Virus record (IMG/VR): IMGVR_UViG_3300048591_000242
Location: 32,001-96,000 of that record
DNA: 64,000 nucleotides
DNA from: a virus
Taxonomy: Duplodnaviria; Caudoviricetes
Direction: 5' to 3' (one strand)
Within the stretch, counting starts at the first letter, position 1; each line of letters starts with the position of its first letter. The translations under genes and the position numbers were made by a program. Shown piece after piece: positions 20,465 through 30,554 of this stretch. The notes beneath the pieces are model-generated. The model was not told the DNA's origin. It saw nothing but the letters and a program-made list of their open reading frames with translations, and did not search any database.

Positions 20465-21742
20465 TTAAGCAATCGCAGACTTGTCTGTAACGATCAACTT
20501 AACAACAGCAGCAACAACAAGGTTAACGGTGACTGTTGTGGTAGCAGCATTCACTTCTACCAATGCGTCGTCATTCACCCACTTGGTGCCGTCCTGGACC
20601 CAAAGCTCAACGCTTAAAGTGTCGCCTGCCAAACCATGGTTAAAGGTGTGAACTGTAGCAGCAGCGCCTGCAGTGTATACCGCAGTCTTAGCATTGATCA
20701 GGTCACGTAATGCATCAGTACCATCGCCAGCAGCAGCCGCTACTTCGTTGATAGCTTCTACCAGGTTACCCTTAGCTGTAGTAGTAAGGTTAGCCAGTGT
20801 ACCTTCAACGCCAGTAGCTCGAGTTACTTCGTTAGAAATAGCTGTAGCATTAGCAGCAGCAGAAGCGTTAGCTGTGTCGGCATTTGCATCTACTTCATTG
20901 ATAGCAGCTACCAAAGTAGTTTTGGCATCTGTAGTCAGTGAAGCCAAAGAACCTTCTACGCCAGTCGCACGAGTAGTCTCGTCTGCAATTGCAGTAGCGT
21001 TAGTAGCAATAGCGGTAGCATTTGTAGCGATAGCTGTAGCGTTGGCACCGGCCTCTGCGTCAACTTCGTTAATCGCAGCTACTAAAGAAGTCTTAGCTGT
21101 AGTGGTTAAAGATGCTAATGCACCCTCTACACCAGTGGCTCGGGTTACTTCGTTAGCGATTGCAGTAGCGTTTGCATCGGCATGCGCATCGACTTCGTTG
21201 ATAGCTGCAACTACTGAACCTTTAGCATCGGTAGTCAAACCAGCCAAATCAGCAATTGTAGTATTAATCAGGCCAACTGCTGTTTGTACTTCACCTAGGG
21301 TATCCATTGCCTCAGTAGCGGTACCCAGGATCTCAGCATTAAGGTCAGCCAAACCAGTGTTAACCATAGTGGTTAACGTGTTGTAAAGGTCAGGGTCATT
21401 GTTCAATGCAGTTGCAATTTCTTGCAATGTATTCAATGCTTCTGGAGCAGTACCGACGATGTCGGCAATCTCTTTACGGAAAGAACCAGCGGTGGTACTG
21501 TCACCATTGATAACGTTAACGACTGCTTCTAATGCAGCCAGATCAGCATCGCTACCGAAAGATTGTACAATTACTGCACCTTCTGAATCCAGACTTGAGA
21601 ACTTCAATAACTTGGCGGTACTGTTAAACCAAATACGACCAGCACTAAGCGGGGTAGGATCAGCAGCTAACTGCTCTACATTCATGTTCTCAATGAACGC
21701 GCCTGCTGGAAGGGTTATACCGTGATATTTTTTAAATGACAT
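20465..21742 (-). CDS. Coiled-coil tail/whisker fibre protein (425 aa) with internal repeats
   Basis: APEALNTLQEIATALNND fibre motif; 4x LxxLTTxAKxxLVxAINEV and 3x NATAIx(N/D)ExTRATGVEG repeats. Confidence 0.7.
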   Translation of the reverse strand: MSFKKYHGITLPAGAFIENMNVEQLAADPTPLSAGRIWFNSTAKLLKFSSLDSEGAVIVQSFGSDADLAALEAVVNVINGDSTTAGSFRKEIADIVGTAPEALNTLQEIATALNNDPDLYNTLTTMVNTGLADLNAEILGTATEAMDTLGEVQTAVGLINTTIADLAGLTTDAKGSVVAAINEVDAHADANATAIANEVTRATGVEGALASLTTTAKTSLVAAINEVDAEAGANATAIATNATAIATNATAIADETTRATGVEGSLASLTTDAKTTLVAAINEVDANADTANASAAANATAISNEVTRATGVEGTLANLTTTAKGNLVEAINEVAAAAGDGTDALRDLINAKTAVYTAGAAATVHTFNHGLAGDTLSVELWVQDGTKWVNDDALVEVNAATTTVTVNLVVAAVVKLIVTDKSAIA

Positions 21743-21825
21743 ATACTGTCCATCCTATTAAGAATTTATAAAGAGTTTTTTTCCTCGCCACGGTGTATCT
21801 GAGTAGATATCCTTATCGGTATTTA

Positions 21826-22026
21826 CTAAATCATCCGTTTAAGCGCCAGCAACTCGTCGTCTACTCGCTTGCAGCAAGAGTTACTATGCTTAAGCCTCCA
21901 TGCGCTTTCTTCAAGTTCCGATTTAAAAATAAAAGATTTGTTTTGTACGGCTACAAGCTCCGCGCCGTTAGCCTTCATGTATGCCGCTAAGTGCATGTCA
22001 CGGCTAATTATTTTTATCTCACCCAC
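21826..22026 (-). CDS. Small hypothetical protein, possibly DUF5659-like (66 aa)
   Basis: RDMHLAAYMKANG...FIF pattern; co-oriented with neighbours. Confidence 0.45.
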   Translation of the reverse strand: MGEIKIISRDMHLAAYMKANGAELVAVQNKSFIFKSELEESAWRLKHSNSCCKRVDDELLALKRMI

Positions 22027-22132
22027 GTGCCTGCTCCGCCAAGTAATTTCAGTGTTTATTTCGCATAGTATTCAATAATTATTTACTGAACACCCCTATA
22101 ACCATACTACATTATAGGTGGATAGATAAACC

Positions 22133-23860
22133 CTAGATGAGGGTAAGCTTAACACGTATATCTGCAGGGTAGATAAGTGTAACCGTTACTGTGCTATTAT
22201 CTACAATAACAATATTAGCATCGTCATTGTGATAGGTACCGTCTTCATGTAGTACCCAAAGAGTAGCATTTATTAAAGTAGTATTTAGGTCATGAGTTAT
22301 GGTGTGGACTAGGTGAGGTTCAGTAGACTCATGTATCCAACCCAGAGTGGGTCCATTAATACCACCGGCATCTTCTATAGCGGCTACTAGAGTATTATAC
22401 TCAGACTGTAAGCTATCTAGTCTATCCTCAAGAATAGTCTGTTGTTGTTCGTATCCGTTTGTTTCGCTACCCTCTGCTACTATAGCAGGTTGGATTAACA
22501 CCTTGATTACTTCAGACTCATCTAAGTGCACGTCTATAACGTTGTTAGATACCATCTGTACATCTAAAACCTTTAATGAGAAGCTCTTATCAGGATTACG
22601 TACCCAGACAGATACACCCACGTATGGAGTCATAAGGTTATGTGAAATACGATGATAGGTGCCAGCAAACTCACTCTTAAATAAGAATGAATTCGGTAAC
22701 GGTCTTTGTAATACTAAACGGATATTCTTAGCTACTGCTAAGGGTACTTCTACCCGACCACTAGTTATTAAGTTAACTGGTGAGTCAGTATGTACCCATG
22801 TACCAGTACCATCGTCTACCCACAATGTAGCCGATAGAAAACCACTGTTTAGTCCATGGATTACGTTATGTAACTCAGAGGGAACCGTGGATTCATATAA
22901 GTAGCCACCACTATCGGTAGTAACTGGTCTAACTATAGCCATGATCTCAGAAGCTACAGCAGAAGTTACAGTAACAGTATTGTTATCCACCATTACGCAG
23001 CCGTTTAATGTAGTCTGCTTGTAGATCTTTTCAATGGGATCTAACTCCCATAAAGTAATATCTACAAACTCACTATTTAAATTATGGTTTATGGTGTGAA
23101 GTGTTAGTGGCTCACCTGAGATATAGATGTATCCACCGTTTTGAAGAGTATTTCCTTCACTACCGCGTAACACTAAATCCTCTAGATAGTAGTATAGCTC
23201 ACGTAGATCACTAAACTCCTGTAGTACAGTAGCGAAGTTTATCTCTACGTTGTCCTGTCTATCTGCTAACTGAGAGTGTCTAATCTCTAGGTCAGTTACC
23301 TGCTGTGCAGTAGCTCTATCGTTATAGCCTGGAGCCATACGCATTAACATTTCATTAATGCGCTCTATACCACTATTTAAAAGTTCTGTCTCAGAGCTTT
23401 GTTTTAAAATAGGGTTTCTAGCTATTGGGTTATAACTCACCATACCGGTAATATTAGACCAGGCAGTGATGTCTTTTCTGTCGAAGGCTAACTGAGATAC
23501 CTTAGTCATTAACTCAGTATCGACGCCGTTAGCGCCACCAGTTACTTGATATCTAATACGTACTGCTTCCCAGTCTCCACGTATCAAGATATAGCTATAT
23601 ACGTCTTTACCAGTTAAGGCAGCTAAGCGTACATAAATGGGTGAGAAGATATAGTCTCTATCTACTCGTAGTACTTGAGAGATGGTATTACCATTGTTGT
23701 CGACAAGTCCTTCTACCGTTAATCCGTCACGATAGAAAGAACCATGTAGTGGTATTACTGCTACGGTATTGGCTAATAGATGAACCTCATTTAGTACAAG
23801 GTTATCTGGATTAGACGCCGTAGGGTCAAAGGTATAGTCTTGAGATGGCATATTAGTCAC
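22133..23860 (-). CDS. Virion structural protein (phiKZ-like N-terminus) with coiled coil and four C-terminal ~75-aa repeats (575 aa)
   Basis: Y.FDPTA.NPDNLV.NEVH start typical of phiKZ-like virion/fibre proteins; four H.I.H.L...W repeats. Confidence 0.6.
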   Translation of the reverse strand: MTNMPSQDYTFDPTASNPDNLVLNEVHLLANTVAVIPLHGSFYRDGLTVEGLVDNNGNTISQVLRVDRDYIFSPIYVRLAALTGKDVYSYILIRGDWEAVRIRYQVTGGANGVDTELMTKVSQLAFDRKDITAWSNITGMVSYNPIARNPILKQSSETELLNSGIERINEMLMRMAPGYNDRATAQQVTDLEIRHSQLADRQDNVEINFATVLQEFSDLRELYYYLEDLVLRGSEGNTLQNGGYIYISGEPLTLHTINHNLNSEFVDITLWELDPIEKIYKQTTLNGCVMVDNNTVTVTSAVASEIMAIVRPVTTDSGGYLYESTVPSELHNVIHGLNSGFLSATLWVDDGTGTWVHTDSPVNLITSGRVEVPLAVAKNIRLVLQRPLPNSFLFKSEFAGTYHRISHNLMTPYVGVSVWVRNPDKSFSLKVLDVQMVSNNVIDVHLDESEVIKVLIQPAIVAEGSETNGYEQQQTILEDRLDSLQSEYNTLVAAIEDAGGINGPTLGWIHESTEPHLVHTITHDLNTTLINATLWVLHEDGTYHNDDANIVIVDNSTVTVTLIYPADIRVKLTLI

Positions 23861-24842
23861 TTACCCTAAGCAAAGTTATTCCACATATTACCCCTTCTCT
23901 AGCTATCACCACATTGCCTGCCGTGGAGTTTGATTTTCTTAGCTGTAGTTTAACTACGTTTCCAGCAGTAAGACCCACAGTGGTACCTGTACGCGTCGAT
24001 TGACTAAGTACTGTGTTCTCTACTAGAAATCTGAATTCTACATCTAAAGGGGTGTCCGTAAGTTCATCTACAGGGTTACCACTAAACATAACCATGTATG
24101 TTCCAGTAAAGGCAACTGTGACTGATATACCAATATCAGTCCACGTAGCATTTTGTACATTATTTAGCACAGGGTTAGTGCTTACTGTATTAGCTTCAGC
24201 CGTATAGATGTTTTTATGGCCAGTTATAGTAGACAGTGTAGCCGCTATAGAAGCCATACCCTCAGTCATCGGCTGTATGTAGCCTTCATTTAGGTCTACA
24301 ATGTCAGCCATAGTAATGTGCCTTTCTGGAGAACGGATAGCCGCCTCCAGAGAAGTAAACTTAGCTAATATTTCTGCTATACCCACAAAGTTATCTAAAC
24401 GATGTGTATGTGGGGTAGGTGGAAACCCAGTAGGTACATTTACAATGTCAGCCCATGTTCTGGAATTAAGGTTAGCTAATGCATCTAAGCCATCCTGTAT
24501 AGCCTGACTTTCTTCATTTACGTATTCACCACCCAATGTCTGATAGTTTAACAGGAAACTACCTACACGGTTTACGTCTACTAGTGCCACAGCTCCTGAG
24601 ATGGGTACTCCTACTTTCTCACTAGCTTCTTCAAAGGGATAGGCATAAAAATAATCTACTCCTTCTATTAAAGCATTGCCTGTGGCTACATCAACAACAA
24701 CCATACTGTTATTGTAAAAAGGCGCGTTTCTTGGCACAAAGTAATTGTGATCTGCACCAGAAATAGCATTTACCGTATGAGACTCATTGGAGATGCGATT
24801 TGCATTAATGGTCCCCGTCGGATCAAAAACAAATAACGGCAT
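23853..24842 (-). CDS. Virion structural/tail-fibre base protein, phiKZ-like (329 aa)
   Basis: FDPTG..NANRI.NESH N-terminus; PTGFPPTPHTH motif; overlaps next gene by 8 nt. Confidence 0.6.
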   Translation of the reverse strand: MPLFVFDPTGTINANRISNESHTVNAISGADHNYFVPRNAPFYNNSMVVVDVATGNALIEGVDYFYAYPFEEASEKVGVPISGAVALVDVNRVGSFLLNYQTLGGEYVNEESQAIQDGLDALANLNSRTWADIVNVPTGFPPTPHTHRLDNFVGIAEILAKFTSLEAAIRSPERHITMADIVDLNEGYIQPMTEGMASIAATLSTITGHKNIYTAEANTVSTNPVLNNVQNATWTDIGISVTVAFTGTYMVMFSGNPVDELTDTPLDVEFRFLVENTVLSQSTRTGTTVGLTAGNVVKLQLRKSNSTAGNVVIAREGVICGITLLRVSD

Positions 24843-24947
24843 GGCCTATCCCCTTTTTTGTGTTATAAGTGTAATAATACTGAATATTCATCCATAGTAT
24901 TTAACCGATAGATCCTATGTATGCGGTGTTTACATAACGGAGGAATC

Positions 24948-26192
24948 ATGCTAACTTTACATTACTGTCACGTTAAAGACGACAACGGATGGTCTGCTTT
25001 AGACGACACAGACGTTTCTATCAACGACCTATATTTGGGTTATAAAAGAATAAGAATTTACGTAACAACCACAGATAAACCCAATGCACTGCGTACTATA
25101 GATTTAGACAAAATCTTTGGGACTATCTCTCCTACTAACTATAACCTAAGCCTAAGTGCTTGGGTAGCTACCGCTTCAGAATCGCTACTTACTCAAGTAA
25201 ACTCAGGTGTACTGCTAAACGAAGTAGGGGCTATGAGAAGAAAGGATCTGTGGGATTACCCAGTAAACGTATCCATGGGTAACTCACTATACGGGGAAGG
25301 CAGTACGGTACCTAAAGGCCTAACCGTAGATCTAGTAGTTAGCCCTAAGACTAACTCCGATATTTGGGTTATAGACAAATTAGCTAATAAATGTTTAATG
25401 TCTATAAATGGTAGGGTTGTTAAAACAGAAAGATCTGGAGATAGACTTTTTGTTAAAAATGCCAGAAACCATCTAACCAACGAAACTCAAATTGTATCCG
25501 TATTAGAATTTGAAGAGTTAGGTAACATTACTACTTTGGATGTAAGAGATCTAACTAGTAGAAACCTAGGTACCAACTATCCAGCCAGCGGTAAGGTATC
25601 CAGTAGAGTATTGTTGACTACTCCTTTTAGTTTAACAGATAAAACAGTGATGGCTGTAGTAGATGGCTATCCACATTTCTTAGATGGCTCTGTAGAGGTA
25701 AGAGATGCCAATACAGTAATCATTAAGTTATACCACAACAGTGTCTGTAAGCGTATGTTATTGGACAATACCTTAAACGGTGGGCCGTATAGCGGCAGTA
25801 CCGTACGTAATACAGGTATCCATATAGTAGGTTTGGATATATTAGATTACCTAAATAACACTAATAGTTTTCTTGTTATTATAGATAATGATGATGTAAA
25901 CAGACATACTACCAAAGCCGGTAGAACTGACATTATCGGCATGTATACTACCTACTATCCACCACAAGGTATATTGGTAGCTGAGGACGGTAGACTACTG
26001 GAGTATGCTGTAGAGGGTACCGACGGAGATCAGACCGCTATCAATACCACTATTAACATACGCAATAACTTTATCCATGATAAAGGTAAAATAGGGGATC
26101 TTACTGTCGCTACTAATACAAAGGAGCTTAGTCCTAAACCTAAAGCTATGGATGCTACTTTTGTGGATATATATACCACTGTACCTGCATAA
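24948..26192 (+). CDS. Putative virion structural protein, jumbo-phage conserved
   Basis: Long ORF; start reassigned to ATG 24948 behind GGAGG; lies in the virion gene block. Confidence 0.5.
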   Translation: MLTLHYCHVKDDNGWSALDDTDVSINDLYLGYKRIRIYVTTTDKPNALRTIDLDKIFGTISPTNYNLSLSAWVATASESLLTQVNSGVLLNEVGAMRRKDLWDYPVNVSMGNSLYGEGSTVPKGLTVDLVVSPKTNSDIWVIDKLANKCLMSINGRVVKTERSGDRLFVKNARNHLTNETQIVSVLEFEELGNITTLDVRDLTSRNLGTNYPASGKVSSRVLLTTPFSLTDKTVMAVVDGYPHFLDGSVEVRDANTVIIKLYHNSVCKRMLLDNTLNGGPYSGSTVRNTGIHIVGLDILDYLNNTNSFLVIIDNDDVNRHTTKAGRTDIIGMYTTYYPPQGILVAEDGRLLEYAVEGTDGDQTAINTTINIRNNFIHDKGKIGDLTVATNTKELSPKPKAMDATFVDIYTTVPA

Positions 26193-26234
26193 GCATACTA
26201 GAGATACCCAAACGGGTATCTCTAGTACTATGCT
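26192..26234. terminator. Bidirectional hairpin between convergent genes, flanked by GCATA/TATGC
   Basis: GCATA-CTAGAGATACCC-AAAC-GGGTATCTCTAG-TAC-TATGC; no U-tract. Confidence 0.6.
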
Positions 26235-26839
26235 CAGTTTTGAACAGTCAGTAGTGCTTCTTCTAGTGTAGCTATATAGGCATCTTTCTTCTCTAATAAA
26301 GCAGATAGCCTAGCAGCAGCAGCATGTGCACTAGTACGATTCTGAATCAATAAAGCTCTGTTAAGCTCTAGTAATTCATGTTGTTTTAGATCTATACCAC
26401 CTAATACAGGTACTCGATGTAACTTAACTGTAGGTGTGGCCCCAGTAATATCCGTAGATAAATTAGTAAGCTCAGTAACCAGTGAAGCTAAAGATAATGA
26501 GTCCGGCAGCATACCCAGATCAATAGAAACTAGCATTCTGTTATACGGAACCATAGCTGAGCTAGGTATACCCTCTATATAACTAGAAGGCAACGTTAGC
26601 TCAGGCTCCCCACTTAGAGAGACAAGTTTTACGATGTTTACATCTAAATCCTTATCTGCGGTATAGTCTTCTTGCGCTAGGCCATATGGTTCATAATAGA
26701 CAGTGTAGACATCCACACCACTGGATACCAATGAGGTTATTTTGGATATCTCGACACATTTATATACACTACCTTCTACTACAGTAAAGGGTACCTTTAC
26801 TGAGTATATACCAGTAGCGTTTATATTCGGTGTAAACAT
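26234..26839 (-). CDS. Conserved jumbo-phage hypothetical/virion protein (201 aa)
   Basis: Full ORF with RBS; TP.IN.TG.Y....PF N-terminus recalls phiKZ-like core proteins. Confidence 0.55.
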   Translation of the reverse strand: MFTPNINATGIYSVKVPFTVVEGSVYKCVEISKITSLVSSGVDVYTVYYEPYGLAQEDYTADKDLDVNIVKLVSLSGEPELTLPSSYIEGIPSSAMVPYNRMLVSIDLGMLPDSLSLASLVTELTNLSTDITGATPTVKLHRVPVLGGIDLKQHELLELNRALLIQNRTSAHAAAARLSALLEKKDAYIATLEEALLTVQN

Positions 26840-26859
26840 AAGTGACTCCAGATAACCCT

Positions 26860-28143
26860 TTAGCTTACATTAGCCAGGTATGATTGTTTCGTTACTATAC
26901 GGTGAGTAACACCATTCGTAGTATAGGTAATATAAGTAACACCGCCTACCAGTAACCTACTGTGATTCACAGGTAGCGCCATTATGCCGTCATCGGTTTC
27001 CGCTATACGTAAACCTTTCTCCATGGCAATTATAGCCTGTTTAGTATTATCCGCTAAGCGATTTAAATTAATATCGTTTATTGGAATAATAGCGTAATCT
27101 GGATATAGCTCACCAAACTCACTGTCCTGAGTACTGTTGTCTTCAGTAATTACTACAAAGCCCATGGACTTATACTGAGACACTGCATAGGTTACTTCAC
27201 TTAGGTTTACCTCTACCGGACTAACGCCTAGCTTTACTGCAGCAGCACGAGCTATGTCAGTATGTTTAACCATAGGACTTAATACGTAGTCTACACTACC
27301 ACTGGAGCGTAGTGCTACGTTATCCCACAGAGGTACTATACTAATAGTGGTATGTATTACTAGATCTGGGAAATAAGGTAACCAGTCATTAATACTAAGT
27401 GTAGTATTAGCTATTAGGAATGCCCTTATAGCCTGGATTTGATTTTCATAAATCAAACCACTGGCGCCATAGGTAACCAGAGTCCATACTAACTCAGTAC
27501 TAAAGTCAGACACAGGGTCTACCCAGCGTAACTTCAACGTAGCTATTTTAGTAGCAGGATCACCATCTCGAATTTCTTCGATATCTACCATCTTAGCGCT
27601 ATAGTCGTAGTCCTCAAGCATAGCTAGCATATTAGCATAGCTAGCATTTAAGTCGTTTGGATTAGGAATAGGCGGTAGTATACGGATTTCATGTTCATCA
27701 TAGGTTTCCCTAAATGTAGCATCAGAGAACCAAATAGCAAACGTAACTGGCTCACCCGCTACTGTAGTATTCCATCTAATCATACCCGGTAGAGATTTAC
27801 CGCCATACTCTATAAGTGGGGTAGAATGCACCAGTACGTCAGAAGGATAACGACTGCCGAATTGCTCCTCAAAGGTAAGTCCGTTTACAAAGTTATCTAG
27901 AATATCTTCTAGTCTTTGTAATATGTACTCATCCGTACCGTTAGGCATATTCTTATTTATGCCATCTTCCTTACAGCTAAATACTTCCACAGAAACTGAT
28001 TCATATGCGTGTTTGGCTATTGTGGTTTTTACGGTACTGAAGGTGCGGGAGTATGTGGATAGCTCCCCTAACGGAGCAATTACATTTAGCCCGCCATCTA
28101 ACATTGAATTTATTGTGGCAAAGCCTTTTATAATAAACGACAT
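26860..28143 (-). CDS. Virion structural protein, phiKZ-like (427 aa)
   Basis: IKGF.TI......N.IAPLGELSTYSRTF N-terminus recalls phiKZ-like virion proteins. Confidence 0.55.
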   Translation of the reverse strand: MSFIIKGFATINSMLDGGLNVIAPLGELSTYSRTFSTVKTTIAKHAYESVSVEVFSCKEDGINKNMPNGTDEYILQRLEDILDNFVNGLTFEEQFGSRYPSDVLVHSTPLIEYGGKSLPGMIRWNTTVAGEPVTFAIWFSDATFRETYDEHEIRILPPIPNPNDLNASYANMLAMLEDYDYSAKMVDIEEIRDGDPATKIATLKLRWVDPVSDFSTELVWTLVTYGASGLIYENQIQAIRAFLIANTTLSINDWLPYFPDLVIHTTISIVPLWDNVALRSSGSVDYVLSPMVKHTDIARAAAVKLGVSPVEVNLSEVTYAVSQYKSMGFVVITEDNSTQDSEFGELYPDYAIIPINDINLNRLADNTKQAIIAMEKGLRIAETDDGIMALPVNHSRLLVGGVTYITYTTNGVTHRIVTKQSYLANVS

Positions 28144-28213
28144 ATGAAGCTCCAGTGTATTTTAATGTGTATTTTAGCATAGAATTGGCGTATTGTTTGA
28201 ATTTGCCTTTAAA

Positions 28214-28223
28214 TATATATTAC
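28214..28223 (+). promoter_or_regulatory. phiKZ-type early promoter motif TATATATTAC
   Basis: Contains TATATTAC, the phiKZ early (vRNAP) promoter consensus; intergenic, upstream of a small-gene cluster. Confidence 0.7.
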
Positions 28224-28265
28224 CTTCTTGGATTTACCTATAAAAACCACACAGAGGAACCGACC

Positions 28266-28592
28266 ATGGCATTACCAGGAGATTATAAAAGCTACACCAA
28301 TTGTGAAAATAAGCAATGTGATGAATGTGAAAACATAGCCTCATATTTGTTTTGTACGGAAGCCGACTCTATGGGTGCAGAATGGATAGCTCTTTGTAGT
28401 ATTCATTTTAAAGAACACAGGGACGCCCCACCCATAGTAGATACCTGTGATTGGTGTGGTGCTAACGATGTTGAAGTTGTGCCTATGAGAGATCAGGAAG
28501 AAGGACACAACGGCCCGGTATATGAAGTATGTGCTCCTTGTAGAAAGGCCCATATTAAACAGATGTCTGAGTTATACAACGATGAGTATTAG
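28266..28592 (+). CDS. Cys-rich putative zinc-binding hypothetical protein (108 aa)
   Basis: CxxC pairs (CDEC, CDWC, CAPC); start reassigned to ATG 28266 behind GAGG. Confidence 0.6.
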   Translation: MALPGDYKSYTNCENKQCDECENIASYLFCTEADSMGAEWIALCSIHFKEHRDAPPIVDTCDWCGANDVEVVPMRDQEEGHNGPVYEVCAPCRKAHIKQMSELYNDEY

Positions 28593-28600
28593 GGGTAATT

Positions 28601-28885
28601 ATGGGTGAGGCTAAAAGAAGAGGCTCTAAGGAAGAAAGAATAAAACAAGGAATTCTTAAAAAAGAAGAACTTAAACGAAATGAAGCCTTAGAGGATTTAC
28701 GTATAAAAGACGAAGCCGCTAAAAAACAGGAGGCCAGACGTATAGAGAACAATAAAAAGATTCCAGATAAAGAAGTATACGTACCTCGTTCTAGCAACCA
28801 TGGGTTAGGTAGGGCTGCACTTCTTACCTCAATTTATGCAGCAGCCGTTGTATGTAATAAAGACAACGACTCTAAGGAAAGCTAA
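28601..28885 (+). CDS. Hypothetical protein with MGEAKRR N-terminus (94 aa)
   Basis: ORF with GGGG RBS; charged helical N-half. Confidence 0.6.
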   Translation: MGEAKRRGSKEERIKQGILKKEELKRNEALEDLRIKDEAAKKQEARRIENNKKIPDKEVYVPRSSNHGLGRAALLTSIYAAAVVCNKDNDSKES

Positions 28886-28886
28886 T

Positions 28887-29132
28887 ATGTCCGACAAACG
28901 CAGTGTGAAGATAGAGCTAAATGATCATGAACTAACTTTCCTTTTATTACTGATGGACGGTGAGGGCTATCCTGAGTTAATGGAGAAGTTACACGAAGCC
29001 AAACATAACGTGGAATATCCGACCCTATCCGAGATAGTGGTAACCAGTATACGTAGTATGGATGTCGGTGTTCTTGTATACTTAGTTAAAAACTTCAAAG
29101 ACATAAGAACCAAACTCAATACCAAACAATAA
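28887..29132 (+). CDS. Hypothetical protein (81 aa)
   Basis: ATG 28887 behind AAGG, immediately after the previous stop. Confidence 0.55.
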   Translation: MSDKRSVKIELNDHELTFLLLLMDGEGYPELMEKLHEAKHNVEYPTLSEIVVTSIRSMDVGVLVYLVKNFKDIRTKLNTKQ

Positions 29133-29152
29133 CTCGTATTCGGAGAAATAAA

Positions 29153-29395
29153 ATGCTTCATCCTAGAGCAGACTACAACGATAGAATTCAAGACACCGCT
29201 AATAAAATCCCAGCCAATGAGCCGGTGGTACTATTGAGAGCCCAGGACAAACTAGCCATCTGGCCATTACGCCTATATGTGCTACTCTGCCGCATCTACC
29301 AGGCTAAGCCAGTAGCCGATAGAATAGCTAAGCATATAAAGCTTATGCGAAAGTGGCCCAAAAAGAAAACACCGGACGTACCTTCTAACGTTTAG
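29153..29395 (+). CDS. Hypothetical protein (80 aa)
   Basis: GGAG RBS; EPVVLLRAQDKLA motif seen in small phage proteins. Confidence 0.6.
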   Translation: MLHPRADYNDRIQDTANKIPANEPVVLLRAQDKLAIWPLRLYVLLCRIYQAKPVADRIAKHIKLMRKWPKKKTPDVPSNV

Positions 29396-29433
29396 CCAAC
29401 ACCTAAAACAAATGTAGGATAGAGGTATTTAAA

Positions 29434-29706
29434 ATGACTGAATTTTCACAACAGCAAATTGAGTCAATACGACATACGGTTAGTGTTTGGGATCAAAGTA
29501 CAAGTATTAAAAGAGCCACTGAAGAACTTATGGAACTTTGCTTAGCTTTGTTACATTTCGACAGGAATAAGGCCACGATAAACGATGTTTTAAACGAAAT
29601 GGCTGATGTAAAAATAGCATTAAAACATCTAGAAATAAAATTTGGTTGCTATCAAACTCAACTCAATGAAAAGGTAATTAAGGGGCAAGTGCCACCTGAT
29701 GTTTAA
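29434..29706 (+). CDS. MazG-like all-alpha NTP pyrophosphohydrolase (90 aa)
   Basis: EELMEL...NEMADV acidic motif pattern. Confidence 0.6.
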   Translation: MTEFSQQQIESIRHTVSVWDQSTSIKRATEELMELCLALLHFDRNKATINDVLNEMADVKIALKHLEIKFGCYQTQLNEKVIKGQVPPDV

Positions 29707-29726
29707 ATCAATAACGGGAAACTAAA

Positions 29727-30554
29727 ATGAAACAGTATTTAGATTTATTAAGTGAGCTACAGAGTGCAGTAATAAAAGACAACCGAACTGGTATTTCTGC
29801 TGCCTCCAAGTTCTTTCACACCATGGAATTTGACATAGCTAAGAATGGTTTCCCTGCGGTTACTACTAAGAAGTTAGCTATAAAGGCGGTAGTTGGTGAA
29901 TGCTTAGGCTTCTTAAGGGCTTCTTCAAATAGCGCTGAGTTTGAGGCCTTGAAATGTAAGGTTTGGACAGACAATGCCAACAACCACAACCTGAACCCAG
30001 ATGGCAGTATTAAAAGCCGTAATCCATGGCTATCTAATCCATTCAGAAAAGGAGAAAACGATTTGGGTAGAGTCTACGGTGTACAGTGGCGAGACTGGGA
30101 CCACACCACCTATCTATCTAAAGCTGACCTGGAAAGAATGGGTAAGGATATAGCTGGGGGCATTGAAATAGTAACTAGCTTAGGCTATGAGAACTATGGT
30201 TTTTTAGCCGACAAGCAACTTTACGTATTTCGTAAGAAAGTAGATCAAGTTAAGTGGGCTTTAGAAGAGTTGGTTAAGAATCCTTTAAACAGAAGAATTT
30301 TAATTACTGGATGGAACCCTGGGGACTTGGATAAAATGTGCCTACCGCCATGTCATTTATTGCAGCACTGGCAGTGTATGCCTATGTCCATTGACGATCG
30401 TATTAATTACGGTATTGAAAACATAGGTGAGTTGTTTACCCTACCCAGGTTCAACTCCAGAGTAGAGAAAGAGGAAAAAGAAGCAGAGTTATCTAAAGTC
30501 TGTGATTTACACGGTATTCCTAAGTATACCTTAAATCTGATGATGTACCAGCGT
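29727..30554 (+). CDS. thyA: Thymidylate synthase, exon 1
   Basis: DNRTG, TTKKL, LGRVYGVQWR, RRI..GWNP, LPPCH, ends at YQR. Confidence 0.92.

Noticed and set aside
20673-21386. 237-aa plus-strand Ala/Val/Ser-rich ORF
   Set aside because: Antisense of the repetitive coiled-coil fibre gene; stop-free because of its codon composition
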